Positions 13,211-27,030 of a DNA stretch of 64,000 nt are shown piece after piece (within the stretch, counting starts at the first letter, position 1; each line of letters begins with the position of its first letter). The position numbers were made by a program, and so were the translations under genes. This stretch comes from Hyphochytrium catenoides (lineage: Eukaryota > Protista > Hyphochytriomycota): the NCBI GenBank assembly GCA_900088475.1, contig FLMG01003710.1, positions 62,001 to 126,000 on the forward strand, in the 5' to 3' direction. The notes under the pieces are model-generated. The model worked only from the letters and a program-made list of their open reading frames with translations. It did no database searches and was not told the origin of the DNA.

Positions 13211-13563
13211 AGTAGGTCTAAGAGAGCTAGGACATCAAGAAGGAAGAGACCCTGAGATAGTCGTAGATAAATGGAACACACTGTTGGGACTTGTCACCTA
13301 GTCTCTTGATGGTGCTAGAGATTGACAAGGAGACCCAGGTTGGGGAGGACGATAAGCAGGTTGGAGGACTATAGAGAGCTACTGCCACAGAGCAGCTTGA
13401 GCTGTTTGAAATCTCTCCCTCTCGCGTCGCGCGGACTCTTGGAGACATAGCTTGGCGTTCGAGACTCCCTCCGGCTAACTGTCGGCAGTCTGAAAGCAGT
13501 CACCCTTGCCGGGACCACTCTCCTCCTGCTGTTGAAGGAACTTTTCCAGGCGCCACAAGTCAT
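12653..13563 (-). CDS. Small hypothetical spliced protein
   Basis: Exon-like segments HTEERPETVIEEEPKKLFDQVRYWAERL and ILRRKKEGREDSAVERL...LEELESVLEGRITTALSRLEKRE* follow plausible acceptors. Start uncertain. Confidence 0.35.
13163..13208. repeat. (GA)n microsatellite
   Basis: Uninterrupted GA run of 46 bp. Confidence 0.95.
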
Positions 13564-13835
13564 GATCTGATCTGCGCCTTATAAGCAGGTGTGATATTGC
13601 TCAGACGACCAAACATCACATCTTTAAGATCCTATGGAACAAATTGCTTACTCTAGAGGCCGAGAGAAGATTGGAGACCAAGCAAGAGGACCAATCTACT
13701 TATAGAGCTGCCGAAAGGACCTTACATGGAGCATCTTGCCGTCTAGCGGAGCTTTATAGCTAGGAAGTTGGGAGGCACGGCAGGTGACCTGTCTTCCAAG
13801 AGAGTGTAGGCGAATGCCTAAGAGAATAGTAGACT

Positions 13836-16800
13836 ATGTTAGAGCAAGAAGGGAAACAAGAGGCTCCTGCTGGAAATGCAGTCCATGCCACCCATGCTCT
13901 CAATCCTGTGACAAGCACACCGCCTACCCTAGCTCCTCCAGATAAGGCAGTAAGACTAGACAAGGATAGCTTGGTCTCTCAGTCTCCCACACCTATTGAT
14001 GCCTCCAGTGGCAGTGGGAAAGAGGATGCAGAGAGGGCTGGAGAAGTCCTTCAAGGCAGAAACAAAGGAATGGTTAGTGAAGCGGTGCAGCTAGCTGCTA
14101 GGGACTCGACACCACCAGCTCCAGGCTCTGTCGCTACAGAGTCGCAGGTAGTCGTGTTCCACATCGTTCAATTCAGGTCTCTTAGTCTCACAGTTTTCTC
14201 TCTCATACCTGACCACGTCTGCTTCCTGCTTCTAAGAGGACGTATGGAGATCCGGGGAAGGCTGAAGATGGAAAGGGGCACGATGGTGGGGACAGTTCAC
14301 TTCCTGAGACCACTATCGCTGTGTGCACAACACCATCTGCTCCTGGTCCATCTGCTCCTGGTCCGGTGCAAAGCGGTTTGACAGCTAGCAAGCTAACCTC
14401 TTTGTCCGTCGAAGAATTAGAGTCCTTCATAAACAATATTGTGGACGGCAGGGTAAAGCCTAGATCTGAGCTTGGTGCCTTTTCACCTTCTGCTCCTATT
14501 CTTCCGTTCGTTAATATGGTTACATCTAGAGCTCAATGCTATGCAGTTAACATCACGTGCTTCGTCTTCACGAATTCTGTTTGATTGTCGCCCTCCTCCC
14601 TTAACTATCATCTTCTTCTTTCTAGTTGTTCATTCGCTCGTTCCGATTCCTTTTGGTGTAGCTTCGTAGCCAACAGCAGGAGGTGGTAAATCTCCGGACG
14701 GAGGTGGCGAACCTGAAAAAAGAGCTCGCCAGTAGAAGCGCAGACAGCACTCCTTGCTCTGAACCACAGGTGAACAGATAGAACTCGATCTCTTTGAGCT
14801 CTCTCGCCGATGCCTTCCTCCTTTCTCTCTGCTTGCCATTGCGGGAGCTTTTTCTTAAGAACTCTTGTCCTTTTGCCGTTCCGCAGCCTTTGCTTTTCCT
14901 TGGCCCGGTATCCTGCTCAACTCCCATCCTCCGCCCACTATAGACTATAAATTCTGTCTCTCTTCTTAACACCACGTCTCTTCTCCAGAGCGTTAAGCCC
15001 TTAGAACCCGAAGAAGCGGATACCTCTTGTGACGGCCAGAATGAAACTTCTCAAGCATTTCCTGCAAGGGCTGGTGCACTCTCTTCGAGTCGGGAGGAGC
15101 CCACGGTGTTGCCTGTGGTTCAAGCTTTGCCAAGCCTCCCCGCTTCAAAAACCAATCTTTCCATTGCAGCGGAGAAATCTGGTCTGAGGTACCAGGAGGC
15201 TGACCCACAGGAGCAAGGCAAGCGGCAAACAACAAACCCTACGGCCTCCAAACAAGAGGGTCCAAGCAGCCTAACCTCCTCCCACGCAGACAAGGACAGG
15301 CAACTATGCGAATCTGCCCCAATTCAGGAGGGCATCCTCCCTCCAGTCATGCCGCCAAGGAGGAATCCCATAGCTCCACATAGAGCTTCTGACGCGGCCG
15401 AAGAGGAGGAGACGCCTTCGGAGCTGGAAAGGCGGAGGACATCTCGATTGGCAGACCCCTACGACAAAATAGTACGCTTCAGCTATAGCAGTCTTGTTCT
15501 CTTGTTCTGCTCGCAAGCCCCATGAGTGTTCTCTTTCTGTGTTAGTCTCCTGACTAATTCTCTTTTACCTTGTGTTTGAAGCTACGTCTCTCAATGTTGG
15601 TTCAGCCGTATCTTCCGACTGCTGAGAGTTATAATAGACTTCATACGCACGGTAACTCGCCCTGCCCTCTAATAATGCTCTTTTTTTCCCAGCAAACGAT
15701 TCAAGCCACCTATGCGGGTCCTGACGCAGGCGAAGAGGCAGCAGGTGGATGATGCAGACTTTGTTATAGTCTCACATATGAGTTTGCCCTCAATGTCCTT
15801 GCTTCTATCAGCATATCCGTTACCACCCTGGAAGACCTTCCTATTCGCCCCCAAGCTCTCGATACTAAGTCCCGACTTTGCTCCTTTGATCATCAGAGGA
15901 GGATCTATCTCAGAGCTCAATACTTCCTCGACTGGTAAGAGGCAAAGGACAAGGTAGTGGAGAGAGAGATAGGAAAGAGAAAGCCCGAAAGAGTCCTATG
16001 AGAAGCCGTCTCGAAGGTCCCCCAAGAAACGACTCCATGAAGGTAAGGGCATCCCCACGATCTCCCTATAATCAGAAATCATGCTTGGAAACTTCCCGCT
16101 CCCTCTCTGTCTATGAAAACTCTGTGTACAGCTAACGGGATAGGTATGGTGCTCAATCATTTGGCTCACCACGAGCGAAATGAGTGATTGGCCCCTTACC
16201 TGACAGCTAGTTGATTCCTTGCCCTTTCCCACTTTCAGCTTACCTTCCTGTCTATTATCCCATTGGCGCTGATGATACATTGCGCTTCTTTTATCCATAC
16301 CAGCGAAAAGACGTGCGTGAGCAGCTGTATCTAAAGCTCGCTTTGAAGTACTCGCCTTGCCGGTCCACTGTCTTCGCCCCCACCGACTGGTCACCATCTC
16401 CGGAGCTTTTGACGGCACCAGAGACAGGGTTGGAGCTAGAGTTTATCCACGGTGAGACGTGGGCAGCTAAAATTGAGTCAGGTGTCCTTAGGAGCAGACC
16501 AAGGAGCAGTGACGATGGATTGTCCTCGTTGGAGAAGAATAGGAAAAGGCAAAAGCTCTTCTGAGGTGCCCGTACGTAGCTAGACTAACAGTGAGTGGGC
16601 AAGTTTTTATCACTGGAAAGGCTTTATAAGGGAAGAACAAAGAGAACAGCAAAGATAGGATGAGTCCGTGGACAATACGTTCCCCCACTCAAGCTCTTCG
16701 TCACTGAATCGCTCTTCCCATCCCATCTTATAATGGGTATCGTGGTCTGTCTGCATGTTCTGTGGCTCTCCATCGCTCAGGCTACAACGGCTGCACTCTT

Positions 16801-19800
16801 CACGCCTCAGAAGTCAGAGGAGGACGAGATTGTAGTGTGAACCCCTCGCGGTCTCTCTCATCAAACGTCTCCTTCCTGAGCTCCGGAGAGGTTTCTTTTC
16901 CTGCTTCTACAGCGGTGGTGCTGCAAGAGCCTGACAAGCAACGGCAGAGATTCTTCCTCGGCCACCAAGGACAGGTGTCTGCTCTCGCGATCCATCCTAA
17001 TGGTGCCGTACTGGCCAGTGCGGAGGTAAGACAAGCAAGTACGGTTAGAATGTTCAAACCGTCAAGGGTGGGAAGAGTTGATGGAAACAAGAGAGAAAGT
17101 GACAAGTCATGAATAGTAGATCATAGGGCTCAAAAGAGTTAGGTGAGAGAAGAATAGGCAAAGCAGAGGACGGTAGAAGCAAACGGAGAGAATGGAAGGA
17201 ACGCCCTATCAGGATGTACTTCTCCACTTCCTTGCCCTAAAACAACGCGTATCTTGTTCGTCTTCTTGACTTCTTGAGGCTGTCTCTCCGTCCTTCTTCG
17301 TCGTACCTCGTGGGCTGAAAATTTTCTCTCCCTGCTCCTAACTCTCAGAACGGACTGAAGAGCTTCATATACATTTGGGATAGCAGCCAAGGAGGCAGAG
17401 AAAGCAAAGAGACGGACAAGACCAATGGCATTACTCTTCTACAGGCCTTACAAGGAAAGGAGGAGACAGTTCTTTGCTTAGATTTCTCCCCAGATGGAGA
17501 GCTGCTACTCTGTCTCTACCTTGAGGACAAGCACACCGTACGTACCACGAAGTTCTGAAGTTAACACAGACTAGGACGTATCTCTTCCCAACCCCTTCAT
17601 AGCTGATGCCTGAGCTGCTATTGTCCTCCTACCCCGCTTGACCTACTACTTCTTTGCTGTTCTCACAGATTGAGATCTGGCATTGGCGAGGCGCAGTCCG
17701 CCTGGCGGTGGGTAGAGGAGGCTCTCTTCCTCTTTATTCGCTCTTTTTCCATCGCTTCTTTTACCTCGGATTGCAAGATGCGGATAGTGAGGAGGAAGCG
17801 ATATATACTATCGCGTCCTGTGGGCCAGGGTACGTATGGGTCTTTAGGCAAAGCAAGATAAGAGTACCTATAGAAAGGAGGAAGGGACAGCAGCAAGGGA
17901 CAGTAAAGGAAACGACAGAAGACTTAGGGCCCAAGAACAGGGTGACCGCTCTGCGCCGCGTCCAAATTGACCGAGGATCTCTCTCCACAGAGCCATTCAT
18001 GTCTGGACCCTGGCTCAATCCATGGCCTCTTCTTCCTCTGAAGACGGACAGACTAAGCCGAAAGGTGACGATAGCAGTGAACAGAAGGCTGTGTGGAGAC
18101 TCTGCAGTAATCAAAAGGATGAGGGAACTCGAGAAAAAGAAAGAAACAATGCCGTGGACTACCTCTGTCTGTGCTCTATCAGGGAGTCTAGCCAGGAGGA
18201 TGGAGAAAGCTTCGGCAAATATGTTGCAGGGACTGCTGAAGGGTCAGATGCTGCTTCTATTTCTCTTGCACTCCCCGCCTCTACCGCCATCTTACTGTTT
18301 CTTCCTCATTCCTTTGTCTTTCCAGTATCTTTCATTCCCCACCCTCATCCTGTCCTCTGTCTCTCTTCCGGGCAGTCATCAGAACTCTTCTTCAACCAAG
18401 CTCGGAGGTCATGGCGTGGTCGACACCATTTGACATGACCTCGACTCTTATCAGCCCAACTCTCTTCTTCTCACTCGTAGCAATCTGACTTTGTGGATTC
18501 AGACGATCCATTACCGCTCCTCAGCGAGGCCGAACGACCCACGGGTAGGCTATAAAGATTGTTAGAAGAGGGAGTTTTTGGGGAGAGAGTTGGGGAGGAT
18601 GATAAAGAAAGATCGAAAGAGGTAGCGGCGAAGAACAAGTCAGCTCTCCCGCCTGTCTTCTCTTCAGACATTGTTCTGATATAAGTCTTTACCTCCCCAA
18701 ATCTCTGTTTTGTCACTTAGGGTCGTCTTCTCTCGTCAGTATCAGCGCATAGGAGCGAGGTGACCTGTGTCGCATATAGTAAGAGCAACCATCAGCTCGT
18801 CAGCGGAGGTAGCGACAACGTCATCCGACTATGGAACCTTCTGGTGAGCAGCCTTGCCATCACTCCTGGAAAGCCTTTAGCCTTCGCCGTCCGGATAAGC
18901 TTTCTGCAGCCGCTGTCGGACTGGCTCTCTTATCCTGCTTGTTTTCCACTGCAGCCCAATCCAATGGTTCCATTGTGGGCTTCACGCTTTATATCTTTCA
19001 TCTGGCTCTCATCCCACACTCTTTACTTCCTAACTTCTATTTTTGTCTTGGTACTTCCCTGGCGTCCCGCCCGGTTGTCTCTAGGCTGTCAAGAAAAATG
19101 AGAACTTCACCAACCTCATCATGGAGTTAGATCTGAGTATTATGGAGCTGGACCTTGGTGTTCCTCGGTCCGTTGACATCAGCCAGGATGACGGAGGAAA
19201 ACTGGCTGTAGGGACGATGGAGAACTCAATTTTTACACTCTCACTTGGGGTAAGGCCCCCTTTACCGCCAGCTCACATTTTACGAAGCCAAGAGTGCGCC
19301 CTGTTGCAGTTCGTGATCCTTCTTTGACCTACTCATTGCATGTCGACCAGTGGCATGCAAAGCACCTCTTCCACTCGCCCTGGATCTTACGACCCTCTCT
19401 TTGACACTAGTTCTTCTCCGTCTCCGTCTCCCTTTCCCTACCTCTGTCATTGCAATGGAGTCCATGGAAGAAGAAAAGCCAGACTGCGATCCTACCCTCA
19501 CCATCCTCGTTCAAGGTCACCAGGGTGCGGTAGAGGCTATAGCGACACATCCACATGAAGAGCTATTCTTTTCTGTTGGGAAAGACCGAGTTGTGAGGTC
19601 CTACGACTATAAGACCAAGAAGGTGGTGGAAGAAGAAACGATCGCAGGTTGGTGTACAATCGTTGCACTGCTCTCTGTCCTCTCCCCTTGTGCAGGCCGG
19701 ACTTCAACACCTTTTAGTCCTATTCTTGCATATCGTGACCCTTCCACCCTTGAGAATGTTAAATAATTTGCCTTGCGTCCCTTCGCTTCTTACCCTTGCT

Positions 19801-21981
19801 TCTTACTCGGTTGTGCTCAGGCCAAGCCACAGCGATTGGCGTGCATCCTAGCGGCCAGTACATTGCTCTGGGGTTTGCCAGCGGATATCTTGCTATATAT
19901 TGGGTCGGGAAGGAGGAAAAAGAAGAAGACAACGAAGATAAAGGTTGGTGGACAGAGGTTGCCAGGAAAAGCACCAGATCGGATGCCGCACCATCTCCAG
20001 TCAAAGCGACAAGTCCCTCGAAATCGGGGAAGTGGAAGACTATAAGCAAGACCAACGGGAAGCGTGAGGTGCGAAACAAAATGGATGCTAGTGTTTTACC
20101 TGCATCTGCTCCTCTTCCTATGGACTTGACTGCCTACCATTGTGAACCGCTACTGATTCTTTGTATATATCTGCCAGTAGTCCTCCAAAGGAAAGTTGTG
20201 CCTCTCTATTTCTTTCTCGACGCGCTGTTGTTGTCTGCCATGGCTTTTCATAAGTGGCAGGGCTCTATTGATTCCGCGGGGGGCGGGGGCGTGGGAGGGG
20301 ACCACGTCCTCTGTCTCCTCTTGCCTGTCAATGCGTGCTTTTTAGAGAATTTTCACCAACTCCTTTATCTTAACCCACCGTATACCTTTGTCTCTTACGC
20401 AGGAGCCGTCTTCTCCTCAGAGCCGAAAGCCCAACTATCCCAATGAGATTCTGTGTCTGCGCTATTCTCCAAACGGCCAATTCTTGGCTCTAGGCTCGCG
20501 TGACACTAATATTTATATCTTCGATAGCGGGAAGAAGTATCGAAGGATCAGCGTTCTGAAGGGCCATCTAAGCGCAGTCATCGCGCTCGACTGGTTCTCT
20601 GACAATAGAAGGGTGAGATGGGATTGAATCTGTCTTTTAGGTGCTTGTGCTTTGTCTGTTGTCATTGAGTGGCTTCCCATTCAGCACACCACGTCACGTC
20701 TGATCCCTTCTACGCTATTCTTCTTGCTCCGTGCGGTCCATCATCGTGTGATCAACGTTTCGCTGACTTGCCACCGGTTCACTACCTGCCAGCTCCAAAG
20801 CAATGATCTGGGCCATGAGATTCTTTACTGGAACACCTTGGAAGGCAAACAGATCACCAAGCCCTTTGACCTCCGAGACGCTGAAAGAGAAAGCTGGACC
20901 TGCCCGCTAGGCTGGCCTGTCCATGGCATATGGGAGAAAGGAGGCAAAGGAGTGAGCTGCCTGACCAGAAGTAACGACAAAGGAGTCCTGGCTGTGGGAA
21001 CGCTAAGCCAAAAGGTGTGAACGAACAGTAGGAAGAGGATGACCGTCAGTTAAAATGTACTTCGGAAAGTCGAGCAGAGGGAGAGAGAGAGAGAGAGAGA
21101 TAGGCTGGAGACATGTCTGAAGTGAGTGATAGGGGTTGAGCGAAGGGCAGATAGATAGGCGAATGGGCAACAGATGCGGAAGAACAGAGAGGTGGTTAAT
21201 GAAAGTCGTTATGCATCCATCCTACAGGTGCTCCTATTCCGCTATCCTGCCATAGCTGGCGCCGAAGGCCGGAGCTACCATGCGCAGTCGTCGCAAGTCC
21301 TGGCGCTTGCTTTCTCTAAGGATGACTCGCGGCTCTTCACCATAGGCACTGGAGACGCGACCGTCTGGCAGGTGGGTTTCTCTCAGCTAGGATGTCTAAC
21401 GGCTAAAGGCAGCCCCTTCTCTATAATGTCACGCTCTGTCCTTGCCTTCCTTCTGCGTCTCTATCCTCTACTGCTCTCTACCTCATTGACAAGGATTGCA
21501 CTAATTTTGATATCCCATGCGAGCGGACACAACTGTCTTTTGTCCTTCTTCAAAGCTCCATCTATCTGTCTGGGATGGCTCTTCTTTTCCTACGACTTTC
21601 TTCCATCTGTTTCGGTTCGCTCTTCTTCGCTTCTTATATGTACCTTCTAAAGTTGTCTTTCTCCTCTAGTTCCATTGTCTTCAGTTTGTGCTCTTTGCGC
21701 TCTCCGTCTCTCTCTCTCTTGCTCTCTTTTGTTTCCCCTTCTTTCTTTCCTCTGCTTTGCTGTTGTCCCCGCTTTCCACAACCTTTCCCTGCGAACAACA
21801 AATCTAATCCATCTCCGCTCTGCAGTGGAGGCATATAGAAGCGGATGGTTCGACATATTTAGAAAAAGGGGAAGCTCGGGGGAGGTCAGATGAAGCTGGT
21901 GATGGCTCCATACGAAAGCTGAAGGCCCACAGGAAGGCGCAAGCACAGGCTAGCCATGACACAATGTCGGCCGAGTCATAG
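13836..21981 (+). CDS. Echinoderm microtubule-associated protein-like (EML) HELP + WD40 protein, multi-exon
   Basis: HELP motif APETGLELEFIHG|YNG...SNVSFLSSGEV, QRFFLGHQGQVSALAIHPNG, many WD40 repeats (GHQGAVEAIATHP; RYSPNGQFLALGSRD), EML signature LQSNDLGHEILYW...SWTCPLGWPVHGIW and LFRYP. Low-complexity and coiled-coil N-terminus. TAG at 21979-21981. Confidence 0.9.
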
Positions 21982-22817
21982 TCCCCATTCCTACGCTCGC
22001 TCCGGTTGTGAAGACGATATTTATTGCTCTTTCTTAGGCTTACTTACACTCTGTATCTCTCTCCCCGTCCTCTCGTCCTGCCCTCCGCAATTTCTCTAAG
22101 TCTAAATCTACGTTCTCTTTTATGATCGTTTGCCTCTTCCGATCTCTTAGCATCTGGTTCCTTGCCAGAACACTTCCTTAGCTGTCCCCAGAGGTCATCG
22201 CCAAAACTTCCTGCGATGTCCGAAGACATCTCTTTGCTTGTTATGGACATACAGACTCTACAGAATGTTCAATGCTACAGAGGCCACCCAAGCGATGAGT
22301 CATTCCTGCGTCTATGAGCCATGCCATATGAGCCATTGCTGCGCATAAGCAAGCATCATCCCTCAGTCCCTGTGCCAAGGGTATAGAGCACACCTTCTAT
22401 AAAACAGGCATCCTTCTCCGTATGCTTCATTGGTTTCCGTCCCTCTCCGCTAGCTTCCTGGACTACAATGGAAGAGGGAGCCTCGTTCAACAACAGACAG
22501 GGCGATACTGACTCTAAACCTTTCTCCGTGAATGGGTATAAATTAAACTTATCAATGCGGATCAGAGGAATTTTCCTACTCTTCCCTTCTTTGACAGAAG
22601 TTGCAAGTGGACAAGACAAACTTCAGCAAAGACGTGGACAGGAACTCGCTTTGAAGAAGAAGAGCATTAGAATGCTACATCTGCTGGCGTTTGTCTTGCT
22701 ATCACGCGCTGAAGAACCCAACTTTGAATTTAGGACAACGGCTGTTCGATGGCTCTTGATTGTCTCCTAATCTTGTCCAGGGCAAAGCAAGCCCATCTTC
22801 GTGCGACGCCGAGAAGA

Positions 22818-23162
22818 CTAGATCACTCCTGCTCCCTTGAGTAGATCTTCAAGCTTCCCTTGTGAGTCCAGGGCCGCAGTATCGTCTCCACCTCCGATGG
22901 AATCTCCTCCAACGAAGACATTTGGAACAGTTCTTCTCCCTGTAAGCTCTGCTAGAGCGTTCTGAATGGCCCCGCCGTCACTCCGTTGGTCCAGCTCGAT
23001 GACCAGATAGCTCTTAACATACCGATTTAGTACATTCTTTGCCTTGGTGCAGTATGGGCAGTAAGTCTTGGAAAAGACAACGAGGTTGTTGGAGGTGATC
23101 GTCTTCTTCACAAACTCCTTGGCTGCAGACATTTCTTCTGGAGACGATGCGGATTGGCCCAT
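22818..23162 (-). CDS. GRX: Class I dithiol glutaredoxin (CPYC), coding region intronless
   Basis: VVFSKTYCPYC, TVPNVFVGG and IGGGDD motifs; N-terminus MGQSAS. Confidence 0.96.
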   Translation of the reverse strand: MGQSASSPEEMSAAKEFVKKTITSNNLVVFSKTYCPYCTKAKNVLNRYVKSYLVIELDQRSDGGAIQNALAELTGRRTVPNVFVGGDSIGGGDDTAALDSQGKLEDLLKGAGVI

Positions 23163-24147
23163 ACAAGCTCTATTACCCCGGGTACACTTGCTGCGTGACG
23201 ATGAAGGCTGGCTGCTTTGAGAACGTTGGAAAGTTGCTGAATGAGAGATCGGAGCGTGGCAGAAATCTGGGTGATCTCTCGGTCTCAGGAAGAGCGGCTC
23301 ACGCCTCGCACCGCCGCTTCTGATCTACAGTAGGAGAGGAGAGGAGAGGAGAGAAGAAGAGCGAAGCGAGAGGAAGAAAACCGAAAGTAGCCGAAAAACT
23401 TTGGGGGGCTACCGAAACATTCATTCAATGGAATCATTTCACTTTACCATCCCGCGCATCTTTAGGTTGAGAGGAAAATATAAAAGAAACATTCTTTGAA
23501 GAAATAATAACCCTAACACAACCTCTTGTCTTCCTGTTTAACGGATACATGATCCGCACAGTGATATCAAGGAGATGAAGCCTTATATTAGGAATGGATG
23601 AAAATAGGTTACATATGTCACTCGCACTGACTGACGGCAAGGGGTCGAGGCCTACCGCTGATCCTTTTGGCTAACTTGATGACAAGTTCATGATGATGAT
23701 CATAAAACCCAATGACGCGACTCAAAGCTCGCTCCTCGATAGCTGGTCTGCGCGCTTCGTCATTCGTCAAGTTGCCAAGCAACACCAGCGCTCAGTGTCC
23801 TGCCCAATACCTGGTCAATTGATGTCTTCTTACATTTGAACTGGCAGAAAATGCAGTCTTCCTTCTTGATGTGCTGACTCCGTTCTAAATGCGTAGCTGT
23901 TTTACCAGTCGTGAGTCAGGCAGCTGTAAATAACCATTAGCATGACGCACGGTCTTTAGGACTAGAAGCAATTTGAGTGTCTATGGTTCACGATGGGGAC
24001 TACGTTGCCCTCCACCAGCAATAGAACCCAGCTATGACGGAGAGCGTAATAAATATTTTCAGAGTTAATCTGACCAAAAAGGTGGCGTGTTTGCCGTAGG
24101 GAAGAAGTTGTGAGCTATGTCCTCTAAGCATCGGGAGAGTCCGCAGA

Positions 24148-26010
24148 TCATAAAGAGTCTACTCTATCATTTCGAACCTCATGCTCTAAAAGAGCCAGTT
24201 GTCTTTCATATTTTGCCAATTGAAGGGCAAATCCTGGATTAGGTTGCACCTGGGGTCTCAGTTTCTGTTCAGAGATAGATAGATTAGAGAAAGACGTTGA
24301 GATGGGAAACATCAAACCAGACACGTAAGCTTAGATAGGCCAACGAAGTACTCTGAAGGAACGGAGGCCTGTATATCTGAAATGGAAATACTCTGTACTA
24401 AGAAACGCTATGAGAGGCATCGTCAGCAATTGGGGGGGCTGCTCTTTCACCTGGACATGTTTCAACGCTTCAATGTAGCGCATCTTCGCCTTTGTCATCA
24501 GATAGCCTAGTCGATATCCAGGCAGAAACCAGAAGAGGACACGACGGTGACTTCTTTAGTGACAAATGTGTCAATGAAGGGGAGGAAAGTGTATCAATCA
24601 CCTCAAACACAATGAATACGAGGTCTAGAACTTAAAGAGGGTGAAGACGGAGGAGTGTAGAAGGGACTTTGTACGGCGAAGTATAACAGAGACTTTGTAC
24701 TGGTCTGTTATTGAACCCTGGCTTACCTATCACTATGGTTGAGGACCGAGACTTTCCAGCAAAGCAGTGAACTAACACCTTCCCACCCTGCGACACAGCG
24801 CTATACAAAGTATAAGACGTGAGCAATCGAAAGGCTAGTCAGCTCTAAATCGTGCACAGCTTGAGTGAAGCCCACTAATGAGTCAGCAAGATAATGCACG
24901 GGTTGGCAACGTACCTCTCTATAAACTTGAAGCAGAGGTCAAAGTGCGCACTCAAGTCCTCGGACAGTTGGTCTCTAACTTCTATGACTTGATAAACGAA
25001 GTCCTCGGGATATCTAGAGAGCAAAGCGGCAGATTAAACCACAGCAAGGGACTCTACTACAGAGAACATGGAGACACCGAGAAGAGCCAGGGAGAGCGAC
25101 GAAGTTAAGGACATGAGGCATACAATAGGCACCTGAGGGATACAGCGTACACGCATAGAATGGGACTTTGACAACGTATTTGGCAAGCAAGTCAAGAAGA
25201 GACAGAGTAGAACGTGGCATGTATCGTGTCTGGACTGCTACCTAGGCAGCAGAAGACGAGAGGAAGAGTCTGATGATGGTTAAGCCTGTTCAAGCTACGT
25301 ACTCTGGATTGATGTCTTTCGCTACAGTCAAAATGTGAGTCACCCCCAGCTGCCGAAGAGTGTCGCGGTGCATCGCTGCGCCGATTGAGCCCAGGAATAA
25401 GCCAGGTGTAACCTCAGCCTAGTCATAAGCAATGCGGTAAGGACCTTGCAAGAGAGCAAGTTACCCAGAGCGACGGAAAGAAGAAACTGAGAAAGCTAGC
25501 ATGATAACGACCATGGCCTTTGCCAGTTAACGTTTCCCCCTCTAGGATTGAGTTCTTTCACAAGTCGATAGTAGACGAGTCAACAAGACAAGAAAGAGTT
25601 ACATCAATCGTCCATACCGGTCTGAAGTCGTCTCTGAGATGCTTTTGCATCAAGACAGTCCTCATAAACTGGAACATCTTTTCGTATCGGCCCAGATCCG
25701 CCTCCTCTTGAGCCGCTTGGGCCTTGGAGCTCATAACTCTCCATTCTTCTCTCGCTCTCTCTTCTTTTTCTCCTGCTCTAACCTCACACTTCTCTAGTAC
25801 AACTCCTTTTCTTGCGCTTACAGCTTCCAGTGTTGATCTCGTTTCCTGAGCTATGGAGAGGGTCGTCCCAGACATCAGGGTAGAAACATGAAAGGGGCCT
25901 GAATCCGCCACTCCTGGGCTAGGTGGAGACTCCATCAACGAAGCCTGTTCTGTTCTCTCTTCGCTGCCGGCTGACAAGTTGTTCTCACGTTGCCGATCCT
26001 CTGAATCCAT
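24148..26010 (-). CDS. Dual-specificity protein phosphatase, multi-exon
   Basis: PGLFLGSIGAA...LGVTHILTVA, VLVHCFAGKSRSSTIVI (HCX5R), YLM, RPQVQPNPGFALQL; TGA at 24150-24148. Confidence 0.93.
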
Positions 26011-26932
26011 TCATTCCTTTCTTTTTTAGCTAGAAAGGAAAGACGCAGCAAGCAGCAAATGTTTAGGCTTCCAAGCAACTAGGCAGGAGAGATGAGAAGT
26101 AGGATTAAGAAAGGTTGCTGCTCCGCCCCTTAAAGATAATACTGGGAAGGAGTGAAAAGGTTTTTTAGCTTTTGCCTCTGCCTCTGGGATGTCCAAAAAG
26201 CTATTAAGTGAGGAGGCCCGGCTGGAGTGCTGCTTTACTCCGTACCAAGCTGTCAGAAAACCTTGGTCTTCACGTCTCTCCTGTCGTGTCTGTCGTGCTC
26301 GCAATCCTGATCTTTAGTTCTGACGTTGCGTTGTGACCTTTCGTTGTGTTTTCAACAATACTCTGCCTCGGCTGCTTCCCTTTTCTGAAGCTATGATGGA
26401 CCGACCAGCACTCTCTCTGCCTCCTCTCTCCCCTGCAATTGGACCAAGTTTACTTACCCCATCTACACCTCTCACATCTCTATGCTGTCATGTTAACACA
26501 TAAACTGGGACCATCGGCGACTCTGGCTCGTATAATCCTATCCCATCTCTTTACGACTCGCGCTATTCTCCACATTAGCTATCAAGCCCATTTTCCAAAA
26601 TATCTCCTCTTCTCTGTCTCGCACATCTTGGCTGTACGAATAGTATACACACGATGTGAACAAACTCCTTGAACAACTACTACAGTCGCAACATATTAAG
26701 TAGGGAGTAGGGAGCAAATATACGGACCATCCTACATCTGGTTAACCCTGTAAGAAACATTACTTCTACGTAACTATTCTTCCCAAATAAGTCTCTAGAT
26801 TTATTACTCCCGATACCTTGTGGGTTGGAATGTTTCAGGAAAGGAGCAGAGTGTGGTCCTTACCCATATTAGCCATTGGCCCACATGGGTTGACAAGTCA
26901 CGGCCGTCGTAAAGCCTCGCTCCGTTTCATTC

Positions 26933-27030
26933 NNNNNNNNNNNNNNNNNNNNNNNNNNNNNNNNNNNNNNNNNNNNNNNNNNNNNNNNNNNNNNNNNNNN
27001 NNNNNNNNNNNNNNNNNNNNNNNNNNNNNN
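26933..27030. other. Assembly gap (98 N)
   Basis: Run of N, followed by a CT-rich low-complexity tract. Confidence 1.

Noticed and set aside
6309-23162. Thioredoxin and glutaredoxin as a redox gene cluster
   Set aside because: They are 16 kb apart with unrelated genes between them.
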